Positions 1 through 12,019 are shown, counted from the first letter of the stretch. The stretch: 64,000 nucleotides of DNA from Octopus vulgaris (GCA_951406725.2 OX597830.1:38254001-38318000), one strand, 5' to 3'. A program made the numbers and translations. Notes: a model not told the origin generated them from the letters alone.

Positions 1-123
1 GTAAGTGAATCTGAGAAATCACTGTTTGGAAAGTTTGTTCCCCCTCAGAAACGAAATCCAATAACGATAAACATATTCACTTCCAAGTTTAGTGAAGCGC
101 GTTTATATATATATAATTAATTT

Positions 124-169
<46 letters not shown>

Positions 170-171
<2 letters not shown>

Positions 172-364
172 CTATTTTACTTGTTTCCCTCATTTGACTG
201 TGTCCATGCTAGAGCACCGCCTTTTAGTCGAGCAAATCGAGGCCAGGACTTATTCTTTGTAAGTCTAGTGCTTATTCTATCGGTCTCTTATGCCGAACCG
301 CTAAGTTACGGGGACGTAAACACACCAACACAGACACACAAACATACACACACACACACACACA

Positions 365-435
<71 letters not shown>

Positions 436-650
436 AACTTGCTTCCCTACCACATGGTTTCAGGTTCAGTCCGCTTAACAACCGCTGCTAGACTGTTTAC
501 GTCCCCGTAACTTAGCTGTTCGATAAAGAAACCGATAGAATAAGTACTAAGCAAAAAAGGTCTCCGTGGACAATTTGTTTGACTGAAACCCTTGAAGGCG
601 GTCCTCTAGGTTGGCCGCAGGCAAAAGTCTGAACGAAGTCGAAGAATAAA
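170..650. mobile_element. Fragments of SINE family A in both orientations around a (CA)n/(TA)n tract
   Basis: 170-330 matches the reverse of the family A 3' half (gcaccgccttttagtcgagcaaatcga...gccgaaccgctaagttacggggacgtaaacacacc). 477-650 is a forward, more diverged 3' half. Confidence 0.8.
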
Positions 651-1199
651 ATAATGTATATATTTTTGTGAGGGGAGTGTATTTGTGTGTGTGTGTGCCT
701 GAGCTGATTTGTACAGGATTTTATGCAAGTTTGTGTAATTATCCTACGTACACATACTAATATATAGTTAAGTACACGCACATCAGAGCATCCGTCGATC
801 CAACGATCGAATCTGATCATAGAAATTTGTTTTAGCATAGTAATACTTTGGGGAATGAAGCGAACTTCGTAATTTCAATTTACAATCCTCGGTCGTCAGT
901 GTGACTGATTGTATATTGATAATTCGATTGATCACCAAAGGTCACGAAATTGATAAAATAGCATTACATATAACACTTATTATTTACATATTCCCTTGTG
1001 CTATACGTTGTATTGTTCCATCACACAAAAACATATATCTGCACACACGAAGTATGTACCTCGAAAATGCTCTTGTGCATATATCTATTATACATGTATT
1101 ATAAATATAGATATATTTGAAATAGTGTGAAACAGACATATACATGTTGGTATGTATGTCTGCTTGATTGCGTACAAATATTTGGAAGCATTTGCAATT

Positions 1200-1203
<4 letters not shown>

Positions 1204-1266
<63 letters not shown>

Positions 1267-1277
1267 AGGGAGGGGGC
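1204..1277. repeat. (GA)n microsatellite grading into (GGGA)n
   Basis: Direct reading of the sequence. Confidence 0.95.
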
Positions 1278-1776
1278 AAATGACTGGGAGTGGGAAGGGG
1301 TAGAGAAATCTTCCATTTGTACAGTCTGAAAGATGGATTGTAACCGAGTACAAAAGACTTCCTTGCTTGCGCACTGGGAATGAATAAAGGCTAATCAGAT
1401 GGTGTGAGAAGAATGATGCAGGATCAATAATATGTGCAGAGGTTTAATAGATGAGGGCATGTACTTTCATATTTGAATGGGGCAGTAATTGTCATTATTC
1501 GCAGAATCCATCAAAGGATGAAATGCTTCGTTGCTGCGTTAAGTTTTAACTGTCTTTACACGAGAGGTTTTGCGCATCAGTAAATGATCGTCTATTTTAA
1601 GCACATCCAACCCATAGCTGGATATTCTGCAATATACAATACATGCAGTAAGTTGTAATTTAAAATTGTAATTAATGAATCGGTATTGTTTCAGACAAAA
1701 TGCCATATGTATACTCGTTCCAACGTTTGAATTTTATAGGTTTAAACATCACGGATGTCATTCTTGTACTATTAAT

Positions 1777-2189
1777 TTATTTCTCTATTGCCCACAGGGG
1801 CTAAACACAGAGGGGACAAACAAAGGGATTAAGTCGATCGCATCGACCCCAGTGCGTAACTGGCACTTCTTATTTTATCGACCGCGAAAGGATGAAAGGT
1901 AAAGTCGACCTCGGCTAAATTTGAACTCGGAACATAACAACAGACGAAATACCTATTTCATTACTACCCACAAGGGGTTATACACAGAGAGGACAAAAAA
2001 CAAGGACAGACAAACGGATTAAGTCGATTACATCGACCCCAGTTTGTAACTGGTACTTATTTAATCGACCCCGAAATGATGAAAGGCAAAGTCGACCTCG
2101 GCGGAATTTGAACTCAGAATGTAGCGGCAGACGAAATACCGCTAAGCATATCACCCGGCGTGCTAACGTTTCTGCCAGCTCGGCGCCTT
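1777..2189 (-). mobile_element. SINE family B with an internally duplicated ~180-bp unit
   Basis: Reverse strand begins aaggcgccgagctggcagaaacgttagcacgccggg, has a B-box-like gagttcaaattcc and the core gccgaggtcgactttgcctttcat...ggggtcgat. The unit occurs twice, joined at gaaatag|gtatttcgtctg near 1950. Confidence 0.88.
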
Positions 2190-2194
2190 TCTTA

Positions 2195-2690
2195 ATTGCA
2201 ATGTCGAACAACGGTACTGTATTGATCGTTAAGTTATAGCGTCGGACAAAAGTATAGTGACGTTTTCTGAGTTTCTTTGCACCAATAATGCTGTAGCCAA
2301 GCTGTATTATCAATTGCAGTTCTTGGACATCATCTGCAGCTTGGTGAGAGAAACGATCTTTTACATGACTAGCTCGTTTTCTTCCAAGTGAAAACAGGAG
2401 GTATTTTTAAAAATCCAACAGCATTAGAGGGTATAAATACAACTGTTTTTGCTTAGATAATAGTAGCTGACATGGAAGACAGGAGTTCATTTGAATATTG
2501 GGAAAATGTTATCTGCGTCATAATCGTTAATTCCAAGGATCACGTAGCCATCATCTTGACTGCAACTTAATGCATTGTGTACAGAGTAAAGGCTGTAAGG
2601 CGTGATCTGGACATCACAAAAACCCCAAATGTAATAGTGTTTTTGTGTGTCGATATTGAGGGTGAGGTCATACAGCCCCACACCTAGCGA
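2195..2690 (-). pseudogene. Decayed C-type lectin-like domain fragments
   Basis: Reverse-strand translations across frameshifts: VGLYDL...YYIWG, CWIFKNTSCFH, FTWKKTS*SCKR, ADDVQELQLII...IIGAKK. The last three follow the motif order of a CTL N-terminal half. Stops and frameshifts present. Confidence 0.45.
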
Positions 2691-2709
2691 AAGTTGCTGC
2701 CGTGTAGCA

Positions 2710-3130
2710 GCAATATTCGTCTCCCAGACGTAACTCCAGAAAAAAAGTAAAAACAGTTGTCGAAGAATTTTGACAATGTCATTTTAGACAGATTCTGGCC
2801 TCCTGATTTTCCCGATTATAATCTCAGGTATTAATATGTCTACGCCACTGGTAAGAAACAGAACCAACCCCTCTGCTTACAAAACTAGGATCGAGCTAGT
2901 GGACAATGTCAATATGTTCGAAGATCCTCGCAAGGAAACACTGAAATACGCATGCGCCAGGTACCGGAGTCTCATTTGAGGCCGTGGTTGAAGCCGAGGA
3001 TGGCCGCTATGCGGAAACTGTTACTTCCTAGGCATAGTTTTGTTTATATGTTATATTTTTTAAAGATTTTTGGATGCAATATTGGATTTACTTTTTTTGT
3101 ATGCAAACTGCCAAATCTAACCCGAACATA
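2710..3130 (+). mobile_element. Tc1/mariner (maT/DD37D-like) transposase 3' relic
   Basis: Translates as KNFDNVILDRFWPPDFPDYN (cf. WPPNSPDLNP), then KETLKYACARYRS-FEAVVEAEDG (cf. ACxxFRxRLEAVVEAEGG). Stops and frameshifts present. Confidence 0.7.
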
Positions 3131-3254
3131 AATATACATACATCCATACGTGCATATATATAATTTTAAAATAGGATAAAATCTTTATAAGAAAGTATCA
3201 AGTAGTTAGCGTGAAAAAACCTCATAAGGGAAAAAATTAATTATTCACTTTAAA

Positions 3255-3286
<32 letters not shown>

Positions 3287-3291
<5 letters not shown>

Positions 3292-3545
3292 CGGACTTAC
3301 TATATATAAATACCTCACGCTAGGAGTGACTCTTAAACTGGTTTTAAAAGGCTCGCTTTTTGCATTCCGTAGCCTTCGGTACGATGTGTTTATTATGGTA
3401 GTTTTGATTTTAGGAGTCCTTCCTAGCGTGAGGCATTTATGTATAGTAATAACCTTAATATATATATGTATATTTCCTGGTTTTCAAATTAGACTGTATA
3501 CTGAAGTGCGCATTATATCAATCCGACATATTAAGGATCCTAACT
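3287..3545 (+). mobile_element. Probable 5' LTR of the adjacent Gypsy element
   Basis: Starts t(a)ttacggac and ends gatcctaac(t), consistent with decayed TGTTA...TAACA termini. Followed at 3547 by tggcaacgagga, resembling the TGGCGACGAG primer-binding site of Mag-lineage elements. Confidence 0.55.
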
Positions 3546-3546
3546 G

Positions 3547-4700
3547 TGGCAACGAGGATTTAAACGACTCACGAGGAGTTAACAAACACACAAAAGTTTT
3601 TGTCGTGTGAATTTTACGAAGAAAAATCGTAAAATTATGGTCAATTTACTGGTTTGCTCGAGTTGTCAAACAGCAACAACAGCAACTAAGAGAACAACAA
3701 CAACAGCAGCTACAAATGCAAGAGCAACAACAGAAACAACAACAACAACAAATAATATTGCTGTAACGAATGCTTAAATTACGGAAGTCGTCAGGAGAGT
3801 GAGAAAAAAGAATTTCGATACACTCATGTTGCGAACTCAATAACATAGTTCAAATACGAACCTGACGAAGCATACGAACTTTGAAGCATACCTCAAAGAT
3901 TTGAGCAAATCTTCGAAACAGAATCTAAAGGTTGGGACAACGAGATGAAAACATGCTTAATTTTGAGAAAACAGGCAGCAACAGAACATGAACGATACAG
4001 TAATTATGTACTCCCGAGAAAAAAACTTCAGATATAAACTTTGATGGCACAATAGGTATATTGGGTAAACTTTTCAGTGAAAAATGCTCATTGTTCAACA
4101 TACGTTGGAAGTGTCTGAATATAGAGAAAAACGATGACGAAGACTACAACGCCAATGCTGGTAGAGTTAACAGGGAATGCGAGCAGTTTAAGATGGACGA
4201 ATTAACGCGACATATGTTAAATGCCTGATTTTTACACGGGGACTTACGGCCGAAAAGGACGCAGAAGTTAGAAATAGAATTGTCGTAAAGCTTGATTAAT
4301 AGCGGGATGTGTCAGAAGAATGTGAAAAGATAGTCAAATCAAGACACAACACACAGAAATTTGTACGTAAGGATTATTTCCAAGTAAAGCAAATGCGAAA
4401 TAATCAGAATAAAGATAAAGTATTTTCCAGAAAACTCGACAAAAATCAGGAAAAATACCCATGATTTGCCTGTGGAAGTATACACTTGAGGAAAAATTGT
4501 CCATTTAAAAAAGCAGATTGCTTTCGTTATGGAAATATAGGACATATAAAGATGTACGGTAGAACGAAGATGCGAAAACGTCAGAAAAAAAGAAAAAGCA
4601 TAAATAATATGTTATCGGAAGAAATTAGTAATATGCCGACGATGAAATTCGTTAAGGTTAAAATAAAAGTGTTAAAATGTAGGAGGAGACGATGAAAGGA
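3547..4700 (+). mobile_element. Gypsy (Mag/K02A2.6-like) gag pseudogene
   Basis: Poly-Q start, then RFEQIFETESKGWDNEMKTCLILRK...EHERYSNYVLP...SLFNIRWKCLNIEK...GRVNRECEQFK...KCLIFTRGL, and decayed zinc knuckles CGSIH-LRKNCPFKKADCFRYGNIGH. Frameshifted; no pol seen. Confidence 0.8.
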
Positions 4701-5249
4701 GAGACAGTCACGACGGAAGGATTGGCGCCGTTGACAACTTCTACACAGGTAAGCGACGGTGTATGGCAGCTGGCTGGGAGCAAGAGAAAAAAGAAAATTA
4801 CTCGTTCACCCCCTCCCTCAAACTAAAAAAATCCATAAATTATAAAGACTTAATAAATAAGAACACACATGAACATGTAACAGAAACAAACGAAAAGAAT
4901 TTAAAAAGACACAAAAAAAAAACAGGTGATTTCACCAAGCAAAGTGGAAAAGAAAAACTGATAATTTATGTTAGTTTTTAAAAAATATGTTCAATGATGT
5001 TGTTTGAGTCATGGTGCACGGGTGACCATCATTTAATCTTTTCCTTTATTAATCATACATCTGCTTCTTCGGAATTTTTCTTTTTTCGGCTCCAACCGTA
5101 ATGTCCTATATCGTCCGCTCTTTGTTGGTCTCTTGTGGACAATAAAAAGAATAAATACGTATGAAGCGTTCAGAGTTAGGCGTGTCTCTACTAGTTTACG
5201 TATACCGGGGTGGGTGTTATATCACTCCAGCATATTAAGGAATATAGCA

Positions 5250-5252
<3 letters not shown>

Positions 5253-5325
<73 letters not shown>

Positions 5326-5550
5326 GTGTGTGTGTCTGTGTTTGTCCTCCTTCCACCGTTTGACAATCGACGCTGGTGTGTTTACGTCTCCGTATTTTAA
5401 CGGTTCGGCAAAGCGTCTGATAGTATAAGTTCTAGGCTAACAAAGAATAAGTCATGGGGTCAATTTCGTCGATTAAAACCCTTTAAGGCGGTACTCCAGC
5501 ATGGCTGCAGTTATAAGTGAAAGAAGCAAAAGAATAAAATAAAAGAATAT
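5253..5550 (+). mobile_element. (TG)n followed by the 3' half of SINE family A
   Basis: ttgacaatcgacgctggtgtgtttacgtc...ggttcggcaaa...aaggcggtactccagcatggctgcag followed by an (AAAAG/AAAAT) tail. Confidence 0.85.
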
Positions 5551-5584
5551 ATATGTGTATATATAAATCCTTAAATCCTTAAAA

Positions 5585-6230
5585 ATGTTTTAGCCCGAAG
5601 GCCGCGGCCATGCTGAGGCACCACCGCTGAATGAGCTACGCTAATTTGTTAATCTACCTCTGATACGTGGCAATGATCAACAAGGGAGTTCGATGCTGCT
5701 GCCCGCATCCGCGTCTCCTGTCGTGAGGTACGTTAATCTGGGACTCCCAACAAGAAGAGATCCAGTTTAGTTTTAAAGAAACCCACATCCACACCATGTA
5801 GGTCTCTCAGGCATTTAGGGAGGATGTTAAAGAGCTGTGGTCCTCTGAAACCCAAGCTGTTGCAGTATCTGGACCTGTATTTTGATGGTGATGTTGGAAT
5901 CCTTGGCACCATGCAGTGGCGCCCCGTTCTACGGTTGGGGTAACTTTGAATGCCAAAGTTTGGGACAAGACCCACCAGGATTTTCCAGATGTATATCACC
6001 GCATATCTCTCCCGCCTCCGCTCTAGGGAGAAGAGGTTTAATACCTTCAGTCTTTCCCAGTAGCTGATATTTTGCATTGAGACATTCTTCTTTGTGTAGC
6101 TTCTCTGAATTGCTTCGAGTTCTGCTGTTAGTTTTATATTGTGTGGTGACCACAGTTGGGAGCAGTAGTCCAATTGGCTGATGACGAATGTTTTCCATAG
6201 GACCATCAGTGTCTCCTTCTCTCTTGTTCT
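5585..6230 (-). mobile_element. CR1/L2-group LINE, 5'-truncated (RT C-terminus plus 3' UTR)
   Basis: ORF 5733-6206: LDYCSQLWSP...[29 protein letters not shown]...[13 protein letters not shown]...FKTKLDLFL...VPD. The same family occurs at 44 kb, 45 kb and 50 kb. Confidence 0.88.
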
Positions 6231-6395
6231 ATATATATATATATATTCAATAAAAGCAATTAAGATTCAAGTCAATTCTAATGAATTTACTTGAATGCGG
6301 TACTTAACTTAGATGCACCAGAAAACTATATGGTGTTAGCCATACAGTAATGTGGGGTGATTATAAACGAGAAAGAAGCAACAAGAATGGATTAG

Positions 6396-6488
6396 TTTTT
6401 AGTACAAATGTTTCATACAAAGACAGGCTTTATTAAAAGTTGCAAATATTGCAGCAGATAAAACTGTCACGTACTCATCAGCTAAAAC
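6396..6488 (-). ncRNA. Type I hammerhead ribozyme in the Penelope pLTR
   Basis: Reverse strand: ttttag CTGATGA [gtac..gacag / ctgtc..gtat stem II] GAAAC attt GTA ctaaaa. Stem I has 6 perfect pairs and the core is intact. Confidence 0.78.
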
Positions 6489-6859
6489 ACATATGAGTTC
6501 TCCAAAACATCTTAGTGGGTGAGGCTACACTCATGAAGTATTGGGGATAATTTCATTAAAAGCAGATTTAGGTTGTAAACAGACTTCCGAAGTTCTTTAA
6601 TGATGATGCACAGTCTTATCACAGGGTTTTAAAAAAAGCTTATTAGCTTCACAGAGAAGGTGAATTAATCCGTAGTGTAGATGTAAAATTCCAGAGATAT
6701 GAGGAGGAATTTCATACTCACAGACGATGAATTTATCCATGGTTAATCCACAATGAGGTGGTTATAATTTCATGCTATATGATAAGGTATTTGTCACATT
6801 ACTGTTCTCTTCACAAGACTGCTATGTTATGACTTCTAAAGGCTGAAGGAATTTTTGTG

Positions 6860-7040
6860 GGGCAAAGAAAAGAAAAGAAAGGAAAAGAGAAGAAAAGAGA
6901 CAAGGAAAAGGAAAAAAAGAAAAAAGAAAAAAGAAAAAGGAAAAGAAAAAAGAAAAAAGGGGAGAAGAAAAGAAAAAAGAAAAAGAAAAAAGAAAAAGAA
7001 AAAAAAGAGAAAAGGGGAATAAGGGAGAAAAGAAAAAAAC
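6860..7040. repeat. Purine-only (AAAAG)-type low-complexity tract inside the Penelope 3' region
   Basis: Direct reading; it explains the Lys-rich and Phe-rich spurious ORFs here. Confidence 0.9.
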
Positions 7041-7839
7041 GCCCACATAGAGTATACTGTGACAACTGAGAGGGAAAGGGGTCGCAGGTGACCCACTACA
7101 CAGAAGAATTTGTAGACGGCCTGGCTGGCTTCGAATTTGCAGGAGTCTAAGAACTACAAGGAGAATATTATTTTTGACCTGTAAACAACTATTTATTGCA
7201 AACCTGACGTAGCTGAAAGCAGATATGAGAATCTAAAGAGATAACAAGGTCAGGGATAGAGGGGTCAAAGGCTATCATCAAAAGGAAATACATTAAGAGA
7301 AAAAAATAAGTGCAATCCTAACAAGAGGTCATTTAAATTTATTTGTTTATTTATTACTGTTACTGTCTTAAATTGTTGCCGTTACTATCAATACATTGAC
7401 AGACTACAGGTCAATACTTAGAAGTTAGTTCACAAGGTGTGAGGGAACTGCCTATTATATTGAAACTTCCCATACTACTTTCAAGGGGGAAGCATTACTT
7501 ATTCAATTTTGTAATAGAATTATGAAGCCTTAGTAACTTATTTTATCAAAGTTGTGTTACCTAAATTAGATTAAATTAAAAATTAAAAATTAAAAATTAA
7601 AATTTAAAATTAAATAAAACTTCATTTAAGCAACGTACAAGTACTATTTGTTTTCTTGTGCTCAAAATCAGGTGCAGTTATAAAGAAAGAGATAACTGTA
7701 GTGTGAGAGCTCGCAGTTATCTACTTAAAAAATTAAAGTTATGCTATACTAGTAAAACACAAGTTATATCTATCTATATATCTATCTTGATACGATTATT
7801 CTATACGATTATTCTATACGATTATTCATTTAAAATATT

Positions 7840-9343
7840 TTAGAGTCTTCAATTTTGCGTGGACACAAACTTGACCTAATTCAATATGGTTATTTAACAA
7901 GCCCTTATTTTTTCTATGCTTTAGAATTTCAAACGTCTCCATGGAGCAGAGTTGGCAACCTACCCTGTTATTTTTTTATACGGCATTGCTCTTCTAACTA
8001 TTTCCCACTTAAGGTTATAATTCCTATTATTATTTTTGAGTTCCCAGATCTTATTTGAAAGTGTGGTGGTACCAGCTTTATGACGTAATTTAAAAGATGA
8101 GACGTGGTTTCTAACTCTATCTCTAAAATTTATCGTACAACCAATGTAAAAAAAATTGTTATTCTCAGTAGATATGGTACATTTATAGATTACGTTGTTT
8201 ACCCCCCATAGACCAGGTGCCGGGCATTTTGACTTAATTTTACACTTACACGCAGGAGGAACAACTTCAGATGTTGGATTATTCATGGATAGATGTCTTA
8301 TGTTCCTGTTATTTTGATTATCATGAGTATAATTATCTTTATTATTATTATTATTTTTATAGTTGGTGCTGTTATCTAAAGCATTGTTATTATTTATTGA
8401 TCCTTCTGCTCCATCCTTTAGGTCTAAAGTCCTACCATGATTATTTACATTATTGGTACTGTTACTATTATTGCTAGTATTTTTATCTGAATGTATATTG
8501 TTGTTATAGATATCACTGATATTTTCACTCTCTGTATTTTCTCTATTAGCCTTACTTCTATTATTAACATTATTACTTCTATTAATATCAATATTATTAT
8601 TACTCCTATTAATATTAATATTATTATTAGTCATTCTGTGGTTACTGATTCCACCCATGTTTTGATAGTTACTATTGTTGCGTTTATTGTTGGTAGTATT
8701 ATTATAATTGTTATTGGTATTCATGTTGGTATTATTATTTTTATTTTTATCTTTCCTGGCTAGCTTAATGTTGTTATTATTAATCTTAGCTATTAAAGTG
8801 GACATATTTGGGAGGGTTGAATAAGAAATCCTAACTGTTTTTTTAGAAATAATTCTATGATATCTATGAGAGATTGGGAAAATTTTTTTCTAGAATTTCT
8901 TTGAATTTGCTCTGTATATCCGATTGAATCGCACAGTTGAAAGGAATATTCAGCCATATTATATCTTTCTTATTAAATTTCCTTGAATTAGAATCAGGGT
9001 TCGTTGAATTATTACTATTCTTCTCACCAGAGTCATTGTATTTATTACCATTATTTGTATGCATCTTTGATTTATCTAATTTGATTTTATCCGAGTTACC
9101 TATGCTTTGGTCTATGCTTCTATTTGTATTATTGGGCTTGTACGCTAGATTTGCGGTTACCGTGAATCTACTTCTACTTCTATTTCGGGCCTGGTCTATA
9201 TTGCTGCTTACGTGATTACTGGTAACTTCTTTATTAGGAATATGTAAGTTCTCCTTATCAATAAATGTAATCTTTTGGTTGTATCCTGCCTTATCTTTCA
9301 TCTGCTGCAATATTTGCAACTTTATCTGCTGCAATATTTGCAA
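7840..9343 (-). pseudogene. Penelope RT-thumb/GIY-YIG coding region (frameshifted)
   Basis: ORFs 8864-9343 and 7960-8805 plus a further frame to about 7840 join into one PLE polyprotein C-terminus with two frameshifts. Confidence 0.85.
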
Positions 9344-9525
9344 CTTTTAATAAAGCCTGTCTTTGTATGAAACAATTGTACTAAAAACTAATCCATTCTT
9401 GTTGCTTCTTTCTCGTATATATATATATATTGGTAAAACGGTAAGATAACAAAAGAAAGAAAGAGACCTCAATATTATGTAAATAGAGGAAATTTATCTA
9501 TACAATAATATGTTACATTACTCGA

Positions 9526-9599
9526 TAGTCAAGATAAAACTCTGAGTTTCAGATGCCGAAGTGGAAATCCACAACAACATCTCTTCGGTTATCTGGCTA
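9526..9599 (-). ncRNA. Type I hammerhead-like motif, variant core
   Basis: Reverse: agataa CCGAAGA gatg..gtgga/ccac..catct GAAAC tcaga GTT ttatct. Stem I pairs; core position 4 is C instead of U. Confidence 0.6.
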
Positions 9600-10024
9600 T
9601 TTGAAAACGCTATGAAAAATTCCGTTATATAAAGGGAAATTACTGTGTTATAACTCTGCTTGCCTGCGTACTTATACATCGCTCGCATTTTTCGTCATAA
9701 AAATTAAATAAAAATACATAAAAAATATATAAAAATATATAAAAATATATAAAATCTTCTTGGGACATAACATAGAAAGCATGTTCTATCTGTTTTCTTT
9801 AGGGGACCGAAAACGTAACAGAAATTTAGTCACATATGGGCATGATCCGAAAAGTTCTGTCCTTGTGTTTAGACATATAGTAGGGTCTAAGCTGCTTTTC
9901 CAGATAAGCCATCTCTCCATGTCGCATTGGTAAAATCGGTAAGATAACAAAAGGAAGAAAGAGACCTCAATATTATGTAAATAGAGGAATTTATCTGTAA
10001 ATATAATATGTGACAATTATTCGG

Positions 10025-10092
10025 TAGCCAAGATAAACTCTGAATTTCGGATGTCGAGGTGGAAATCCACACCACCAACTCTTCAGTTATCC
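10025..10092 (-). ncRNA. Type I hammerhead-like motif (second pLTR copy)
   Basis: Reverse: gataa CTGAAGA g...c GAAAT tcaga GTT tatc. Canonical 5' core; stems I and III slightly mutated. Confidence 0.55.
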
Positions 10093-10098
10093 GGATAA

Positions 10099-10148
<50 letters not shown>

Positions 10149-10214
10149 GTATATACAGAAACATCCACTTACACACGCATACACACATGCATACACACAC
10201 ATGCATGAAACATT

Positions 10215-10781
10215 ATGTACATGTAAGTGATCAATAGTGTTATATTGCCAACCGGACAAACTCTCTAGAGTTATTTTGCTACACATTTTAAGTTCCTGAC
10301 TCGTAATATATCTAAAACTGAATTTGGTTTCATTTATTCCAATTTCGGTAAAAGAAGAATGCCAGTAAAGTATTGTAGTTGATATATACTTCAATTAAAG
10401 TTTTCAACTTTCTGTAAGTCGAAGATCATTGGCTGCCGAAAATGAACAAAAACATTCAGACTATTCGTCTTGAAGTTTCTTTATAACTGGTGAAGTCAGT
10501 GAAAATCTATCAAGTATAGCATGAAAGTAAGTATAGAAATCCACATCGTAGCCATTACTTATTACTACGATGTTGTTCTGCAGTCTTCTTCTCCCATAAC
10601 AATTACACAAGCTCCTTCATCATGCACAAAGCCGAATGAATCGAGACAGGCTGAGTGAAAGTAACAATGACATGTTCTCTTTAGCGGGATATTGAGTACA
10701 ACATTCGTATTCATATTACAAGTGATTAATAAGATAGAAGTGTAAATAAATAAAAACGCAGGAGTTGAAGAAAAGGAGACG

Positions 10782-10841
<60 letters not shown>

Positions 10842-11210
10842 GAAGAAGAAGAAGAAGAAGAAGAAGAAGAAGAAGAAGAAGAAGAAGAAGAAGAAGAAGA
10901 AGAAGAAGAAGAAGAAGAAGAAGAAGAAGGAATACTGAGCGCGGTACGAAAATCTTGAAACTGTCTATACATGGCTCTATGTTTAATGTTTCCTGGTGAC
11001 ATTTCGCTAGCTTTGGAATTCCATTTATCTCCTAACAGTAAGGTTGTATTAGGTTCAGCAACTGAAAACTATTGAAAATAGTTCAGTCTCAACAATATCT
11101 ATATGATCACTGAACCCTATTGGAAATTATCTTCATTTGTTTTTGAATCAAAACCAACCGTGTTTACAAATGGGCATCTGTATAGTTTTGTCCGGAGTTC
11201 ATAATGTTAG
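10215..11210 (-). pseudogene. Decayed C-type lectin-like exons
   Basis: 11200-10935: NYTDAHL*, IGFSDH, VAEPNTT...GDKWNS...KHRAMYRQ (EPN and WN motifs in CTL order). Near 10650 the acceptor ttactttcactcag precedes CLDSFGFVHDEGACVIV. Near 10310 an acceptor precedes KMCSKITLESLSGWQY. Stops and frameshifts present. Confidence 0.5.
10783..10929. repeat. Compound (AAT)n(GAA)n microsatellite
   Basis: Direct reading. Confidence 0.95.
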
Positions 11211-11488
11211 AATAAATATGAAAATGTAAAAACATGAATAAATTTGATCACAGACCTGCAATTTATAACGTTATCTGAGGGTGATCAACTTAACAATATG
11301 TGATTATGTGATTAACAATACAATTTCTGGTAAATGAGATGTTCAGTACACGAAATATAATTCTGCAACACCCCAAATTCTCTTTGCTTTCCAGAACATA
11401 TATTTCATTAGTTTTGTTGGCTTTGTTACTATACTGCATTGCATGAACTTGTAACCCTAGTGCCGCTTGCTGATTTCTATTTTAGTAT

Positions 11489-11521
<33 letters not shown>

Positions 11522-11779
11522 TATATACATATTAGAGATGCAGTAATCTCCCGCCATATCTTGGTTCATATTGCAGTTTATTATTTAAGTTTACGTGGTG
11601 TTGTTTCCATTTATAATAAGATAAATATATATACAAATTATCAAAATAACTAAAAAAGAAGCAGCACTACAATACTAATGTTTACCTATCGTGGGGGCGG
11701 GGTTGGAATGTAAAATCCGTGATAGTCGAGGGATTGCTGTATATATATATATATATATACACACACATACACTTTATAA

Positions 11780-12010
11780 ACAGAAAGGAGAAATATCACA
11801 AAAACCATTACTCAGAGTTTTACCTTCCCGTTGTTGGACAGTTTTGTTTAAACACATCTGTTCGACGAACGGGAACATGAAACTCTGAGTAACAGTCTTT
11901 GTGATATTTTTGCTGCTTTTTAATAAAGCATATTACACTACCTCTGGTATTCGAGTACTATTTTTCCACCTTGTTTCGCATTTATGTATATATGTGTTCA
12001 CTCTGGTAAA
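11780..12010. mobile_element. Penelope-type terminal module: inverted pair of hammerhead-like arms plus pLTR tail
   Basis: Arms 11794-11841 and 11858-11910 are imperfect inverted copies. The plus arm reads ctgt TCGACGA acgggaacat GAAAC tctga GTA acag. The tail aataaagcatattac...ccaccttgtttc is shared with 22605-22690. Embedded in (TA)n. Confidence 0.65.
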
Positions 12011-12019
12011 CACACACAT

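Larger units (their letters stand above)
6245..9415 (-). mobile_element. Penelope-like element (Neptune-type), 5'-truncated, with inverted pLTR
   Basis: RT thumb IIWLNIPFN...FKEILEKNFP/TVRISYSTLPNM, Cys linker CKCKIKSKCP, GIY-YIG VIYKC...YIGCT...FRDRVRNH...LSNKIWELK...KWEIV, frameshifted tail CQLCSMETFEI...LLN...CVH ending near 7840. About 6368-6462 is inverted at about 9320-9415. Flanked by (TA)n on both sides. Confidence 0.9.
9431..10100 (-). mobile_element. Second Penelope-like family: short GIY-YIG 3' end between two direct pLTRs
   Basis: Direct repeats of about 170 bp at 9431-9600 and 9928-10098. Between them the reverse strand encodes CDMERWLIWKSSLDPTICLNTRTELFGSCPYVTKFLL (cf. Neptune CLxEK...LNKRSEL..KCRHxNKFLL). 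(TA)n on both sides. Confidence 0.8.

Noticed and set aside
6857-7069. Lys/Arg-rich 70-aa ORF resembling a protamine-like protein
   Set aside because: Translation of a purine-only simple repeat inside the Penelope 3' region.
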